From positions 16,075,091 to 16,139,090 of the forward strand of contig JAUZTB010000075.1 in the NCBI GenBank assembly GCA_034780895.1: DNA of 64,000 nucleotides. Direction: 5' to 3'. Both the position numbers and the translations under genes were made by a program. The stretch is from Rhynchobatus australiae (taxonomy: Eukaryota). Shown here piece by piece: positions 13,301-24,769 of this stretch (position 1 is the stretch's first letter; each line of letters starts with the position of its first letter). The notes below the pieces were generated by a model. That model did not search any database. It had not been told where the DNA came from and was given only the letters and a program-made list of their open reading frames with translations.

Positions 13301-14800
13301 GGACAAAGTCTGTGATAAGATCTGGCGCAGAGTAATCTCGTCTTGTGATTGTTGTTTGTTAAATGTCTCCGTGTCCTTTTCATTTACACCGACTTTATGG
13401 CCCGGTGTTATTGAAATTTCCACCTTTTGATTTACATTGACAGGACGAGACTTGGCTAAACTAAAGTGCTTTCGTATCATGAATTCCCCAACTACATCCA
13501 TCACCAGTACTGAGGGTAACTCCATGGAGGACAGTGCACTTTGTGAGTCACAGTTTTCATTCTGCATCAGACGAAAATGGGTTCAACATGTATGGCAGAG
13601 ATTACAACACCAATATTTGGGGTGGCATTTCAATGTGGTATTGAGGGAGGGCTGGATGTTCCTGTTGGATTTTGGACAGGATGCTCAACAGGAGCTGGAG
13701 CTGACATTTAAAGTCCAGTGGTTCACTGACTGCATGTTTCCTGTAGAATCCTGAACAAAAAATGGAACAACTGAATTCCTGCATGGGACATTACGAATAT
13801 CAATCAATTAAAAAAAGAAAATGTTTCAAATGAAGTATATGTTAATTTATTGTGAGAAATGTACTTTTTTTTACAAATGATTAATAATAATTGGAGTTAT
13901 TACCCCAGTCTGCCCTGTGGTTCAATGATACTCAATCTGAGCTCTGGTGCCTTGTCAGAGAAATTAGTGTTTGGACAACGAAAGACAGAAACCCTCATAT
14001 CATGAAAACTATACATAGAACCACAGAATTTCAGAGCAACTGGAGAACCAACATTCAGAGACTGTCACAGAACCAGAATCAGTTCCTGCTGTTTAATTGT
14101 ATTAGGATGTATCAACCCTGGTCACCGCAGTACATATGATGTAAGGGAGGCTGTCTGGTCTGCTTCACACACTCACATTAGAAGGTTTCAACGAAGTGAA
14201 AGCTCGAGGAGGTACCTTTCTTTTCACCAGAAGTTCCATGCAGAGAACACTCAAATCAAGTGTCTTTTAAATTCCATGGCAAATATCCTTTGTTTTCCTC
14301 GTCCGAAGTCTCCACAGAACTTTCTTAATAAAAATAACTGATTTGTTTATACATGGCAAACTTTACAAATCCATGTTAAGCAGATTCTTGGACAGTGCCT
14401 AGTCACTCTGCAAATTTCAGTAACTTCCCCACAATTGTTGTAAAACTGAGATCTGTTTCTCCACCATCCACCATTCCTTGAATGAATCAGTAATGTTTGA
14501 ACTTTTCCCTTTCCAAGGCAACATCTCCAACATCAGAATCCATCAGCACAACAACTTACTCAATTAAACAATGGACGAACTGGAGGGGAAACCATCCAGG
14601 AGCTGAAGAACCCCCGACATCAGCCCATCTTAAGTCACATGATTTTCTCCATTGCAATGTGTTAATTTTCTACTTTTTGTTATTTCTTCAAAATAATTGC
14701 TGAAACATTTTGATCTGTTCTGCCTCACCATTGTCAATGTCTTTCATAAGCAGCAGACTGTTTTCTGTGTAATCTGCATTTGTTTTACCTTCCTCAATAC
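10380..14800 (+). pseudogene. LRR relic block B
   Basis: KSLGSLSMDFNLF (~10532), KLTEIKGQ..QSLWTITF (~10860), EYLQFNPNAW (~11092), IHSLAICSSYLSTVSEEL (ORF 11480), VDLEEDLLIPLESF (~12692), DLAKLKCFRIMNSP (ORF 13437), TNIQRLSQNQNQ (ORF 13891), LHTLTLEG (~14163), FLHCNVL..FLQNN and LICSASP (~14640-14731). Confidence 0.55.
12852..13081 (-). mobile_element. tRNA-derived SINE (HE1-like), truncated by an assembly gap
   Basis: B-box-like gggttcaagtcc on -. Body closely similar to 49982-50140 and related to 26525-26790. Confidence 0.85.
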
Positions 14801-16499
14801 AACTAGCATCAAAATCAATACAACTAATATTCAGGCATGTGTAGAACATTTCTACCAGAGTCCTGCATCATTTATTCTTCCTTGTCTTAATCCAAAGTTC
14901 CATTCTGTTATTATTGTAATCCTGTTCTCTTTTTATCGTGTGTTTCATTGCTATTGTTATGTTTATTCATTTGGAATTTAATAAAAAGATTGAGAAAGAA
15001 AAAACAAAGCTCCCATGTTAATGTCACTTTTGTTTCGACTGATCTTGTTGTCGTTTTATGTTTATTCTGCATCCTTTGCGTATTTCCTGCAGAAGTATTC
15101 TGCTTCTTGGCTGCTGAAATTTAGCCTCATGACGTCTCTCAAATCCATTTGCGTTTGATGCTCCTCAGTTTCTTTGAATACAATCTTTTAAGACAACTTT
15201 TAAGAACTTGTCATATATTGCCGCATTACCTCCAGCACCCCAGAGGTAATACTGTCCCTGGACTACACTCGCTTGCTGCGACACCCATATCAACTCCGAG
15301 TGGAAGTTGAACATCAGTTTGAAGATATTCACCACAAAACACAACCAGAAGGTGGCGCACCATGTCTTCAATTGTTTTGTACTGAGCTGCAAAGTGGATA
15401 ATTTTGAGCACATTGAAATCGACTATTGATCAGTCATGAATGACTTCTTTACATTTTATGGACTTTTATGTTTCCTATGATTGCTTCTGTTTGAACAGAT
15501 TGTTTAGGGGTATGAGAACTGTATTGCTGAAGTTTGATGGCCAGTTCATGGGGATCCTCTTGTCAATGGCAACATGTGTCAGCTTGTTCACCCACTGGAA
15601 GGGAGCAGGAACGGCATCAGAACCAAGGCGAGAGAGGTGCCTGTTACCTCCAGATTGGTGGGTAGTTGCTGTATTCACCCAGGATGTGCCATGCTGTGCC
15701 TGAGACTGAACCAATCCCATTGACACATTGGAAGCAAGCTTTGCTTCACTGCACATGGATCCTGCCAACCTGCACTAACATTGTCAAGATATTGGGGGTC
15801 AGTCTGGTTTATCCTCCGTCCTTGGTTCACATCTGGCGGTGTGTACTGACGCCTCAGTGACAAGCTGCACACAGGCCCCGCTCCAGAACACACAGACGAC
15901 CTTTGACCGGAGGGAAAGTTTGATGAGCAGAGCTTCACCTCCAGTCAAAATCTGTAAGTGTTAGTTTCTCCAGCTTTTAGATGACTTGGAAATTCAGAGC
16001 CACTGAAAAATGAGGAAAATTGTTTTAATTTTTGAAAATAAATTTAGTAAAAGCTTTAACTACAAGAAATAGAACACTTCAGCATTTGAAGAAATAACTA
16101 AAATCATTCAAACAAAGAAGTTAATAAACCTCTTTCTGACCTGCTCTGCAAGCTGGAGTCCATTCAAATTAAAGAGGCGTCCAATTCTATGCCATGATTG
16201 GATGACACAATTTTGGAAAATGGGCATTCCCCCAATAACAGCAGTGAGAGAGGTACAGGCATCATTCACTCAGGCAGCCCCAGATGTACTGTGGATCTGT
16301 GCAAGTACAAGAATGATTCCCTGGCCCTGGAAACGGCCAAATCCCAACGATTTTGATGGCTGTCATCAGCAGGTTTCGGCCCAACAGCTCTCCAAAACTG
16401 CTCAAGCTTTGCACGAGAGCAAATGTCATTGGAGCGACATACAGCAGAGCTGTGTGTGCACAGACTTGGCTTGATCAAGACAGCAGTGGTCGCAGAAGG

Positions 16500-16860
16500 T
16501 GAGATACCTGTGACAGGATGTTGAAAATTATCAGGGCTGTTCATAAAGATAAACTGGTCCCAGTCAGAGGTTCATAAACAGAGAACACAGATTTAAGGTG
16601 ATTGTCAAAAGAAGCAGAGGGGAGATGAGACTTCTTTCACATACAGTAAATTTTACGATCTGGAATTCACTCTCGGAAAGGGCTGTGGATGGAGATATAA
16701 TAATGACTCTCAAAAGAGAATTGTACATATATTTATAATAAAAGAATTTGAAGGGCGTTGGGGGAAGGAGCAGGGTTATGGGATTAATTCGACAGCTCTA
16801 TCAAAGAGCTGGCACCAGAGCAAAGGGCTGAATGGATTTGTGCTGTGAGATTCAATGATT
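16500..16860 (+). mobile_element. CR1 LINE 3' end
   Basis: CR1 C-terminal and 3'UTR-like sequence (atctggaattcactc..gggctgaatgg). Confidence 0.7.
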
Positions 16861-18884
16861 CCAAAATATACTCAGTACAAGAGGAATGACAAAACACCTT
16901 GTCAGCTGCAGTAATCATGTCATCTCGATGCAGCTAATGTCAGCCAAATGAGCAAATGTTTTTCCTTCTTAAATATTTTACTTGCACTGACTTTTTAATA
17001 TATTCAATTAAGAGTACCTGGGCATCCCTGACAAGGCCTGCATTTATTACCTCTTCCTAATTGCCTCTGAATTGAGGAGACAGTTCAGAATGAAGCTTGT
17101 TGTTGGATCTGCAGTTGAGGGTAAAGACATCAAGTATTTTGCCCTTTAGGACATTANNNNNNNNNNNNNNNNNNNNNNNNNNNNNNNNNNNNNNNNNNNN
17201 NNNNNNNNNNNNNNNNNNNNNNNNNNNNNNNNNNNNNNNNNNNNNNNNNNNNNNNNNNNNNNNNNNNNNNNNNNNNNNNNNNNNNNNNNNNNNNNNNNNN
17301 NNNNNNNNNNNNNNNNNNNNNNNNNNNNNNNNNNNNNNNNNNNNNNNNNNNNNNNNNNNNNNNNNNNNNNNNNNNNNNNNNNNNNNNNNNNNNNNNNNNN
17401 NNNNNNNNNNNNNNNNNNNNNNNNNNNNNNNNNNNNNNNNNNNNNNNNNNNNNNNNNNNNNNNNNNNNNNNNNNNNNNNNNNNNNNNNNNNNNNNNNNNN
17501 NNNNNNNNNNNNNNNNNNNNNNNNNNNNNNNNNCCATGGGATGAGTGAAATGAAGATTTTTGATGTGGCCAAAGAAGGAAATTGTATCATTTGGATAAAT
17601 AGGTGGAGACGAAATATTTCTCATAGTCACTAACTGTTTCGTCCATCAGTCCATCGCATTCCACCGCACACACTTTCAGGTATCACCTGGTGTGATTTCC
17701 CCATTCCATAAATTCAGTGAGATCGCAGTTAGTGTCCAGCTGAAGCAAGAGGAACAGAAATCATCTCTTTGAGTTGCTGGTTGTGGTATAATTTCGGAGC
17801 ATTTTTCTTCCCCTGATCATCATTGTTTTAATGCAGGAGTCAATTTGCAGAAAGAGATCCCTTCTTGAAGGCCACAACAACCACACGTTAGGAGGGCAGT
17901 GAGTTCATACACACACATTGCGGGGAAAATACTTGGTAAAAGATCTTCAGCTCGATCTTCCAATTTTTCCAAATTTATCCTCTGCTTCTGGTGCTACTTC
18001 CAATGAAAATTCACAAGCAAGCCTGCGAGAATAGAAAGCCCAGCGTTTCTGTGTTATGCTTTTACCCTTGAATTTCTTCCAGGAATTCGTAGATTTCTTG
18101 TCAAATGTAAATTAGTTTTACTCAGACTAAAATATTTCCGACTGCATGTTCTTCAGCTTAAACTGATGCCTGACAGAAACCCTCCTGGTCAAACACCCAA
18201 GAACAGTTGTATGAAATTTTATATCTGACATTGCACTACTTTAATATTAAAGGGATATTATTTCTCTTTCAAGTGCTGACTGCCCTGAAATATATTGCCG
18301 ACAATCTTTTTAAACATTTTTGAAGTGCACTCACTGTGAGAAAACTGCCAGCAGAATATTTACACAAGACACGGCTCCACAAGAAGCATTATGAATGACC
18401 AGTTATTTGTTTCAGTGGTTGAATGCTGGCCAGGACACCAGTAGAAAACTCCTGCTCTTCTTATGGAATATGTCAGCATTGGTTTCATGTGTAGCTTCAC
18501 CTTGTGGAAAAAAAATCAATAGGTGAAGCATTTTAAATGACAAGAGATTGAAGGGTGTTGGTGTCAGTGTGTTCTGGGTATCCTGGTACACAAATCAGAG
18601 AAAGTTAGCGTGCAGGTACAGCAAACAGTTGGCCATTCATTGCAAGACAATTTGTGTACTGGAGTAAAAATTTTGTGCTCCGATATTAATGTTCCTGGTG
18701 ACACCACGTCTGGAATATTGTGCCCAGGTCTGGACCTCCCGCCTGAAGGATATAATTGTAATTGAGGGAATGCAATGAATATTCGCCAGATTGTTTCCAG
18801 TGATAGTGGGTTTGTTGTACGATAGATCAGCTCGTCAGCAATGAGCTTGCACTCGATTCAGTTTGGAAGAATGAGCAATGATCT

Positions 18885-19510
18885 TCTAAATTTAAAATTT
18901 TATTTACAACGTGGGAACAGGCCCTTCCGGCACAACGAGTCACCACCGCACATTTTAAACCTCATATAAACTACCCGTACGTCTTTGGAATGTCGGAGGA
19001 AACCGGAGCACCGGGAGGTGTCACAATGTTGATCAAAGAGCAAGCTCACAGAGAACCCAAATGCTGCACACTGACACAAGAATGGAATCAGGATACTTCC
19101 TCAGGACAAAACTCAGGCAGGAACTGGAAGGAATCTTGAGGAGGTCTGACGAGGAATCTCAACACAAACTAGATCTGCATAAAGGAATAGAGGACTGCTC
19201 TAGAGTAAACCACTCTAAATTAGCTAGGTGCCAAAGGTAGACCAATACTCTGTCAACTTGTGCTGGAGAAACACAGGTACTCATGCTAGGCCCGTGATGG
19301 TGCACAGGTGTGTATCGTTATGTAATCAGTCCCGCGTGGAATCCATGTGCTGGACAACAAGGCATTAATGGAGCCAAATTGAGGGCCAGATCTCAGAACC
19401 ATCACAGCAGGAAACCCGGGAGAACGTACAAACTCCTTGCAGGCAACGGCGGAAATCGAACTCTGGCGCTGTAATAGCATTCAGCTAACAAATACGTTAC
19501 CGAGCCGCCC
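18885..19510 (-). mobile_element. HE1-like SINE interrupted by a solo LTR, inside a CR1 fragment
   Basis: SINE halves 18885-19018 and 19407-19510 join into the reverse complement of the 26525-26790 SINE type. CR1 sequence flanks both sides. Confidence 0.8.
19019..19406. mobile_element. Solo LTR-like element, 388 bp
   Basis: TGT...ACA termini and near-perfect 5-bp target-site duplication (ggagg / gcagg) splitting a SINE. Confidence 0.65.
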
Positions 19511-20479
19511 CATCTCATTTAAACACTGAAAATGCTGATGCAGAGCTTGACAGGGTAGATACAGAGAAGATATTTCCAATTTCTGGTTTGCCAAGAACCA
19601 GGTTTAATCAACTGCGTGTTAAAGAACTCATTGGCGCTGGTTGGGGGCAAACAACTGGGAAGTTACTCCTGGTGTCATGGTGTGTATTGATGATTCATGA
19701 AAGGAGCAAATGGTTATCATTTTCTTTGTGACTCTACTAAAAAATCATTATCAGGCTATCGTTACTGTGTACGGGTTGACTCCCGAATAACAACAATTAT
19801 GATACTTCATAATTACCTAATTATCTGTATAAGACTTTGGGAATGGCANNNNNNNNNNNNNNNNNNNNNNNNNNNNNNNNNNNNNNNNNNNNNNNNNNNN
19901 NNNNNNNNNNNNNNNNNNNNNNNNNNNNNNNNNNNNNNNNNNNNNNNNCGGGTTGACTCCCGAATAACAACAATTATGATACTTCATAATTACCTAATTA
20001 TCTGTATAAGACTTTGGGAATGGCAATGCATAAAGTCTCCCTTTAAAGGTACGATGAAATCTTAGACAAGCAACAGACAAGATGCTGGAGGAACTCAGCA
20101 GGTCAGGCAGCTTCTGTGAAGGAAAATGTACAGTCTACATTTCGGCTCAAGGCTGATAATTCCTGCTTTAACATGATGTCCAAGTTATACTCCTTGTTGA
20201 CATATCTTCATGCAGAGAGAGGTTGAATATTTGGAATACTAAAGCGGGAGGATTGAGGAGGCTAAGTCATTGGGAGTACTTGAAGAGGAAGTAGATAACT
20301 TCTTGAACCATCAGGGAGTTGAGGGCTGTGGAAATTGGCACAAAAGTAGAGAACAGGCATGCCGCAGATTAACCATAATCAAACTGAATGAAGGGATAGG
20401 CTTCAGGCGGCTTCGTCTTCTTCCTTTATGTGCTCTGAGATTAATATGAACCTTCATTTTTGCTTGGCGTAAATTGTGT

Positions 20480-20810
20480 AACTTCCAACGTAATGTGCGA
20501 CAGAGCTCCAGTGTGACTTGACTTCCGATGCATTCTGTGTGGAGTTTCCATGTTCTCCCTGTGACTGCGCGGGTTTCCCCTGGGTGGTTCATATTTTTCC
20601 CATATTCGAAAGGTACATCAGTGGTTAAGTAGATGTTTTAAATTTCCGCTTGTGTGTAGAGGCGGTGTAGAATCTGTGGGAAGTTCATGGTAATATGCGG
20701 GGTGAGTAGTGAAGAAAATGGAATTAACGCAAGATAAATGGGTGCTAGGAAATCAGCACAGAAATAATGGAACTTTGGGGCTGTATCCATGCTTTGTAAC
20801 GCTATGACCC
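20480..20810 (+). mobile_element. Old SINE
   Basis: gtgtggagtttccatgttctccctgtgactgcgcgggtttcc core, shared with ~24050 and ~46965. Confidence 0.7.
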
Positions 20811-23159
20811 TGTTGTCATCCCAGAGGACAGTTCACCACCACATTTAGAAGGGCAGTTTGAGGTGGTCATTGAATGTTGCCTTGACATTGATGTCTCCAC
20901 GTCACAAAGAATATCCAGGCCTGTGCTGTACCAGCAGAGCCAACGGGCACGATTTCATTTTATGCAGAATCAACACGGAATCCAACGTTATACAGATGAT
21001 TTTTAGTTAATTAACATCAGGCAAAAAGGCAGCATGCTCCTGCCCTACTGCCAGAGCAAGTAATTCATCTGTTTTGGACAATCTCTTAAAAGTCCCTCAG
21101 AAACTTGCTTCAGCTGCATGGAGAAGGAGGTGTGCAAAAGTGCTGGGTTTTCTCTGTGATCAAGTGCCAGTTTTTGAAAAAGTCCGTGTGAGTTATCATA
21201 TAATTTTTAGTGAATTTTCTGATGAACTTTTGAAATAGTTTAATAATCAAGATGGGAAAACCTTGGAAAATTAGTGTATCACACTGTGAGATCGGTTCTA
21301 ATTTCACTGGATGAAAGAAATGGATGTATGTTAACGTACCAGTCGTGGCATTAAGACATTGCAAACCATTTGTTTAGAGCAAGCTCCCACAAACAGCTGT
21401 GTGCTGTTAAGGAGGTACACTCTTTCACTGCTGTTGGTTCAGGGATTGGTTCGGAACACAGGGAAAAATTCCTATCGACCTCTGTGATTTTAGAACTGAA
21501 ATTAGATGGCAAATGAAGCCTTAATTAAACAACTGATCTGAAAAAAGAAATGACATGAATGTGCCACCCTGGATCTTTTTTCCGAGCTTTGGTTAACAGT
21601 GCCATAGCCAAGATTTAATGAGCAGTCCTAACTGTACTCAGTACCCTAGAACAACTACAGAGTATGTGCTGAAGGTTCCTCTGATAATTCTGTTTCGTAA
21701 CAAATTCCAGAATTAAAACCCAGCCACAATTAAGAATAGAGTCCCATTTCATTACAGACAGCAACTTGAACACAATGCTAATGGTGCCTACTGCTTTTGT
21801 CCTTCCAGGTAGGAGAGTTGCAGGTTTTGAATGTGACATCAAACAAGCCTTGACCTGTTACTGCTTGAAATTGGTACTGACCAAGGACATGGCCTGCCAG
21901 TGGTAAATTGGGTGGATGGCGAGAATATCAATCATGCCGATTTTTTAGTCGAGTTGTTTCAAGCTATTTGGTTGCCATGGGAGCTGTGATTATCCAGACA
22001 TGGAGATTTCCTGCTCAAATCTCTGCTGTGGAACTTCTCACAGTTGTCTCAGATGGAAAAGGTTGGACCAAGGAACCACAGCTGAAGCAGATTTTTCATC
22101 TACCTTAATCGTTAATCACGAAAAACTGTTGGAGATCAAATATTACCTTTATTTTCCCATATCTAAAGGGCAGCGAAGGATATCCTTGATTTTCAAAACT
22201 CTCCACCTGCGATTCAAATAAGTCCTGCTGACTTCCTAGTTTGCTTTTGTGTCCATGTCTCATGATCTTATAAGATAACATGACGTGCAAGCGGGCTCTT
22301 GCGTCAGGATGACTTCATTGCCTGGAGACAATAACTGTTAAAGCTGGTCATCAGCATCAGGTTGCAATAATACCTTGTCAAGACTTCTCCACTCTTGACA
22401 TGACACTTATTATATGACTGCACTTTGGTTTAATTTAGGGATAACTAAAAATACATATCTGCTTTTATTGTTTCACTGATCATTTAATTGTCATAATTTC
22501 TCTTGTTAAACTTTATGTGTTGTCCTTTTAAATGGGCCAACTCTCTGAAATGAAAAGTTGACTTTTACAAGCCCTGCTGTTGGATATGAGCACGTGATTC
22601 AGTATAAAATCTAAATGCAGTATAAAAGGAATACCCCACTGCCAGAGCAGTTCAAACCATCGAGAAGTTAAGTTGATGCCTCAGCTGTTCTTGATGAACA
22701 AAGTAAATATTCGTCAGAAATGTTGAAGGAAGGACTTCAAGCTCCCTCCCTCAATCATATCACTCCAGGCCAGCATGGAGCAAATAACTTCCTTCTCTAG
22801 TGAAATGTTGTGATCATTTAATGAACATCATTAACAGAATATCTGATCAATATTTGCCATTTTAATAAATTTCTCTATGAGAATTAATTATTGATTAATC
22901 ACAAATGAATGCAGTTCAAGGGTTGGAAGTGCTTCTGCACATCCTGAGGATGGTAACCTGGAACATTAACTACATTTATTTCTCAACATGTCTGCTGAGT
23001 ATCTCCAGCACTGTCTGTTTTTATTTACTCTTATCTCATCTCTGCTTTTAGCTCTGTGGTGCCTGATTCCACAGAGGTTTTATCAATTCTGGAGACAAGT
23101 GCTCCTGGTAAAATACAAACTGTGAGCAGGTTATAAAATACAAACTGTGAGCAGGTTAG

Positions 23160-24640
23160 TGACTCTGTTCATGAGTTCCGGAGACCTGTCACTTGGATGA
23201 TGATTGATTGGGCAGTCATTAGTGGATTGGATTTGTCTTGCCTTTTCAGAACGGCATGTACTGGGGCCATTTCCCATTTCACCAGGTTGTAACTGCACTG
23301 GAACTTAGGCACAGCTGAGTCGGAGGCCAAGGTTTACGATGCTTCATCCAAGATGTGTCCAATTCCTTCTCCTTTGATGTAACCAGTGCTGTCGGCAATT
23401 CTTGATATCACATGTGAATTGTACTATATGGCGGAATCCACTCAGCACTTTGGACTGAACAAAGGTACAAATGCTTCACTCTTGTACGTTGTTACTTTTG
23501 CTTGCGTCCAGCCATCATTAGGATTAGTTTGCTCTTGGAGTATCCTCTTCCTCCTCCCGTTGGTTCGTTAAATATAAACCACCATTCACAACCACATGTG
23601 ACATAAATGAAGAGTTTTCATCTGACCTATTAGATGTACAATTGTTTAGCTCTGTCGATTGCAAGCTGTTCCTGCTGTTATGTATACATGTAGCCTTGAT
23701 TAGGGATGTATGCCTTGCGCTTCTCCCAGCGTGACCTTCTGTATTTCCTGTTGGACCAGGGTTAATCTGGTTTGACGATAATAGTGTGGGCCGGAATTGG
23801 TCTGGCAAGAGTCCATAGATTGCAGTGGACATCATACTACGCCGTTTGGGTTCAACAGTACTTAATGGATGCTCATATTTCAGCTGCCAGATCTGTTCTG
23901 GGCATATTCGATTCTGCACATTTTAATGTTGCACAATGAGATGGAAGAAGTCCTCAGTGCAAGGACAGGATTTTACAGTGTGTGGGACAATCACAGTGGC
24001 TGCTTCTCAGTTCTTGGGGCTCCTGTTTTATTGTGACCTCTGGTACTGTCTGTGTGGAGTTTGCATGTTCTCCCTATGACTATTCTGGCTTTCTCCCACA
24101 TCCCAAAGACATGTCGGGTGGTAGGCTTTCATGGAATGAATGAAAGATAAAGTAAAAGAATAGGATTAGTATGAATGGGTGCTTGGTGGTTGGGGCAGAC
24201 TCAGTTGCCTGAACGGGCAATTTCTGTGCCCTATGACTCTGAAACGAAATAGCTGTAAGGACTTTATTCACACAAGGACTGTGTGATGATCAGTCCTATC
24301 AATGCTGCCAAGACACTAATGTTGATGCTGATGCATCTCTGGCAAGACAACTCCAGGAATTGTGATGGATAAGGCTGGCTCGTTGTATATCGAGTATGAA
24401 CATGTCAAGTTGACAGCTCTTCCAATTGGGAAACTGTTCCTCCGATGGCACACTCTTTTCTCTCAGCTGACGAATCTGTGAGCTCCACGTTAATAACTCT
24501 GGGAAGAAACACTGGAAGTAGCAAGGGCCCAGAATGTCTCCTAGGTGAGGGACCTCAATGTCCACAACCAGGACTATGCTGGCAGCCCGGATGGCTCCGT
24601 TCCTATAGGCACAGCAGCCACACTTACTCTGAGGCAGGTA
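23160..24640. mobile_element. Old CR1-like LINE fragment (mostly -) with an inverted endonuclease segment and an internal SINE
   Basis: Reverse-oriented LINE 23160-24400. The + segment at 24440-24640 reads ..DLNVHNQD.., like the GDFN endonuclease motif. SINE at about 24030-24240. Confidence 0.55.
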
Positions 24641-24769
24641 ATAAGTTAATGTCATTACTACATCGGAACTCAGGAACTTGGTCAATGTAAAACACTCTTT
24701 CTGTTTTACGCTTTTATATTATAAGTTGGCAGTTCGATGTAACTGCCGCTTCTTTGCTCCTTTCAGAGA

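Larger units (their letters stand above)
17534..22800 (+). pseudogene. LRR relic block C
   Basis: HGMSEMKIFDVAKEGNCI, SVHRIPPHTLSGI, SLRE*KAQRFCVMLLPLNFFQEF..NISDC (18020-18150). WLGANNW and HFLCDSTKKSLSG (19638-19760). LRRNT-like AACSCP..DNLLKVPQKL (21029-21106). ELQVLNVTSNK. NFSQLSQMEKV. Confidence 0.55.

Noticed and set aside
17057-17633. Long ORFs in the track that span N runs (also 44961-45610, 9836-10174 and others)
   Set aside because: Their length comes from X residues in gaps.
15000-18200. Minus-strand Toll-like receptor relic (TIR-like GRLCVLERG and FAAQYKTIEDMVRHLLVVF, cap-like LDTNCDLTEFMEW)
   Set aside because: The fragments are out of order for a TLR, and the same DNA gives a more coherent LRR reading on +, consistent with both flanks. 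It shows how easily chance motifs arise. A TIR HMM search would settle it.
23109-23158. 25-bp perfect tandem duplication (and an 11-bp one near 1659-1680) as a CRISPR-like array
   Set aside because: Two adjacent copies with no spacers in eukaryotic DNA. Ordinary slippage.
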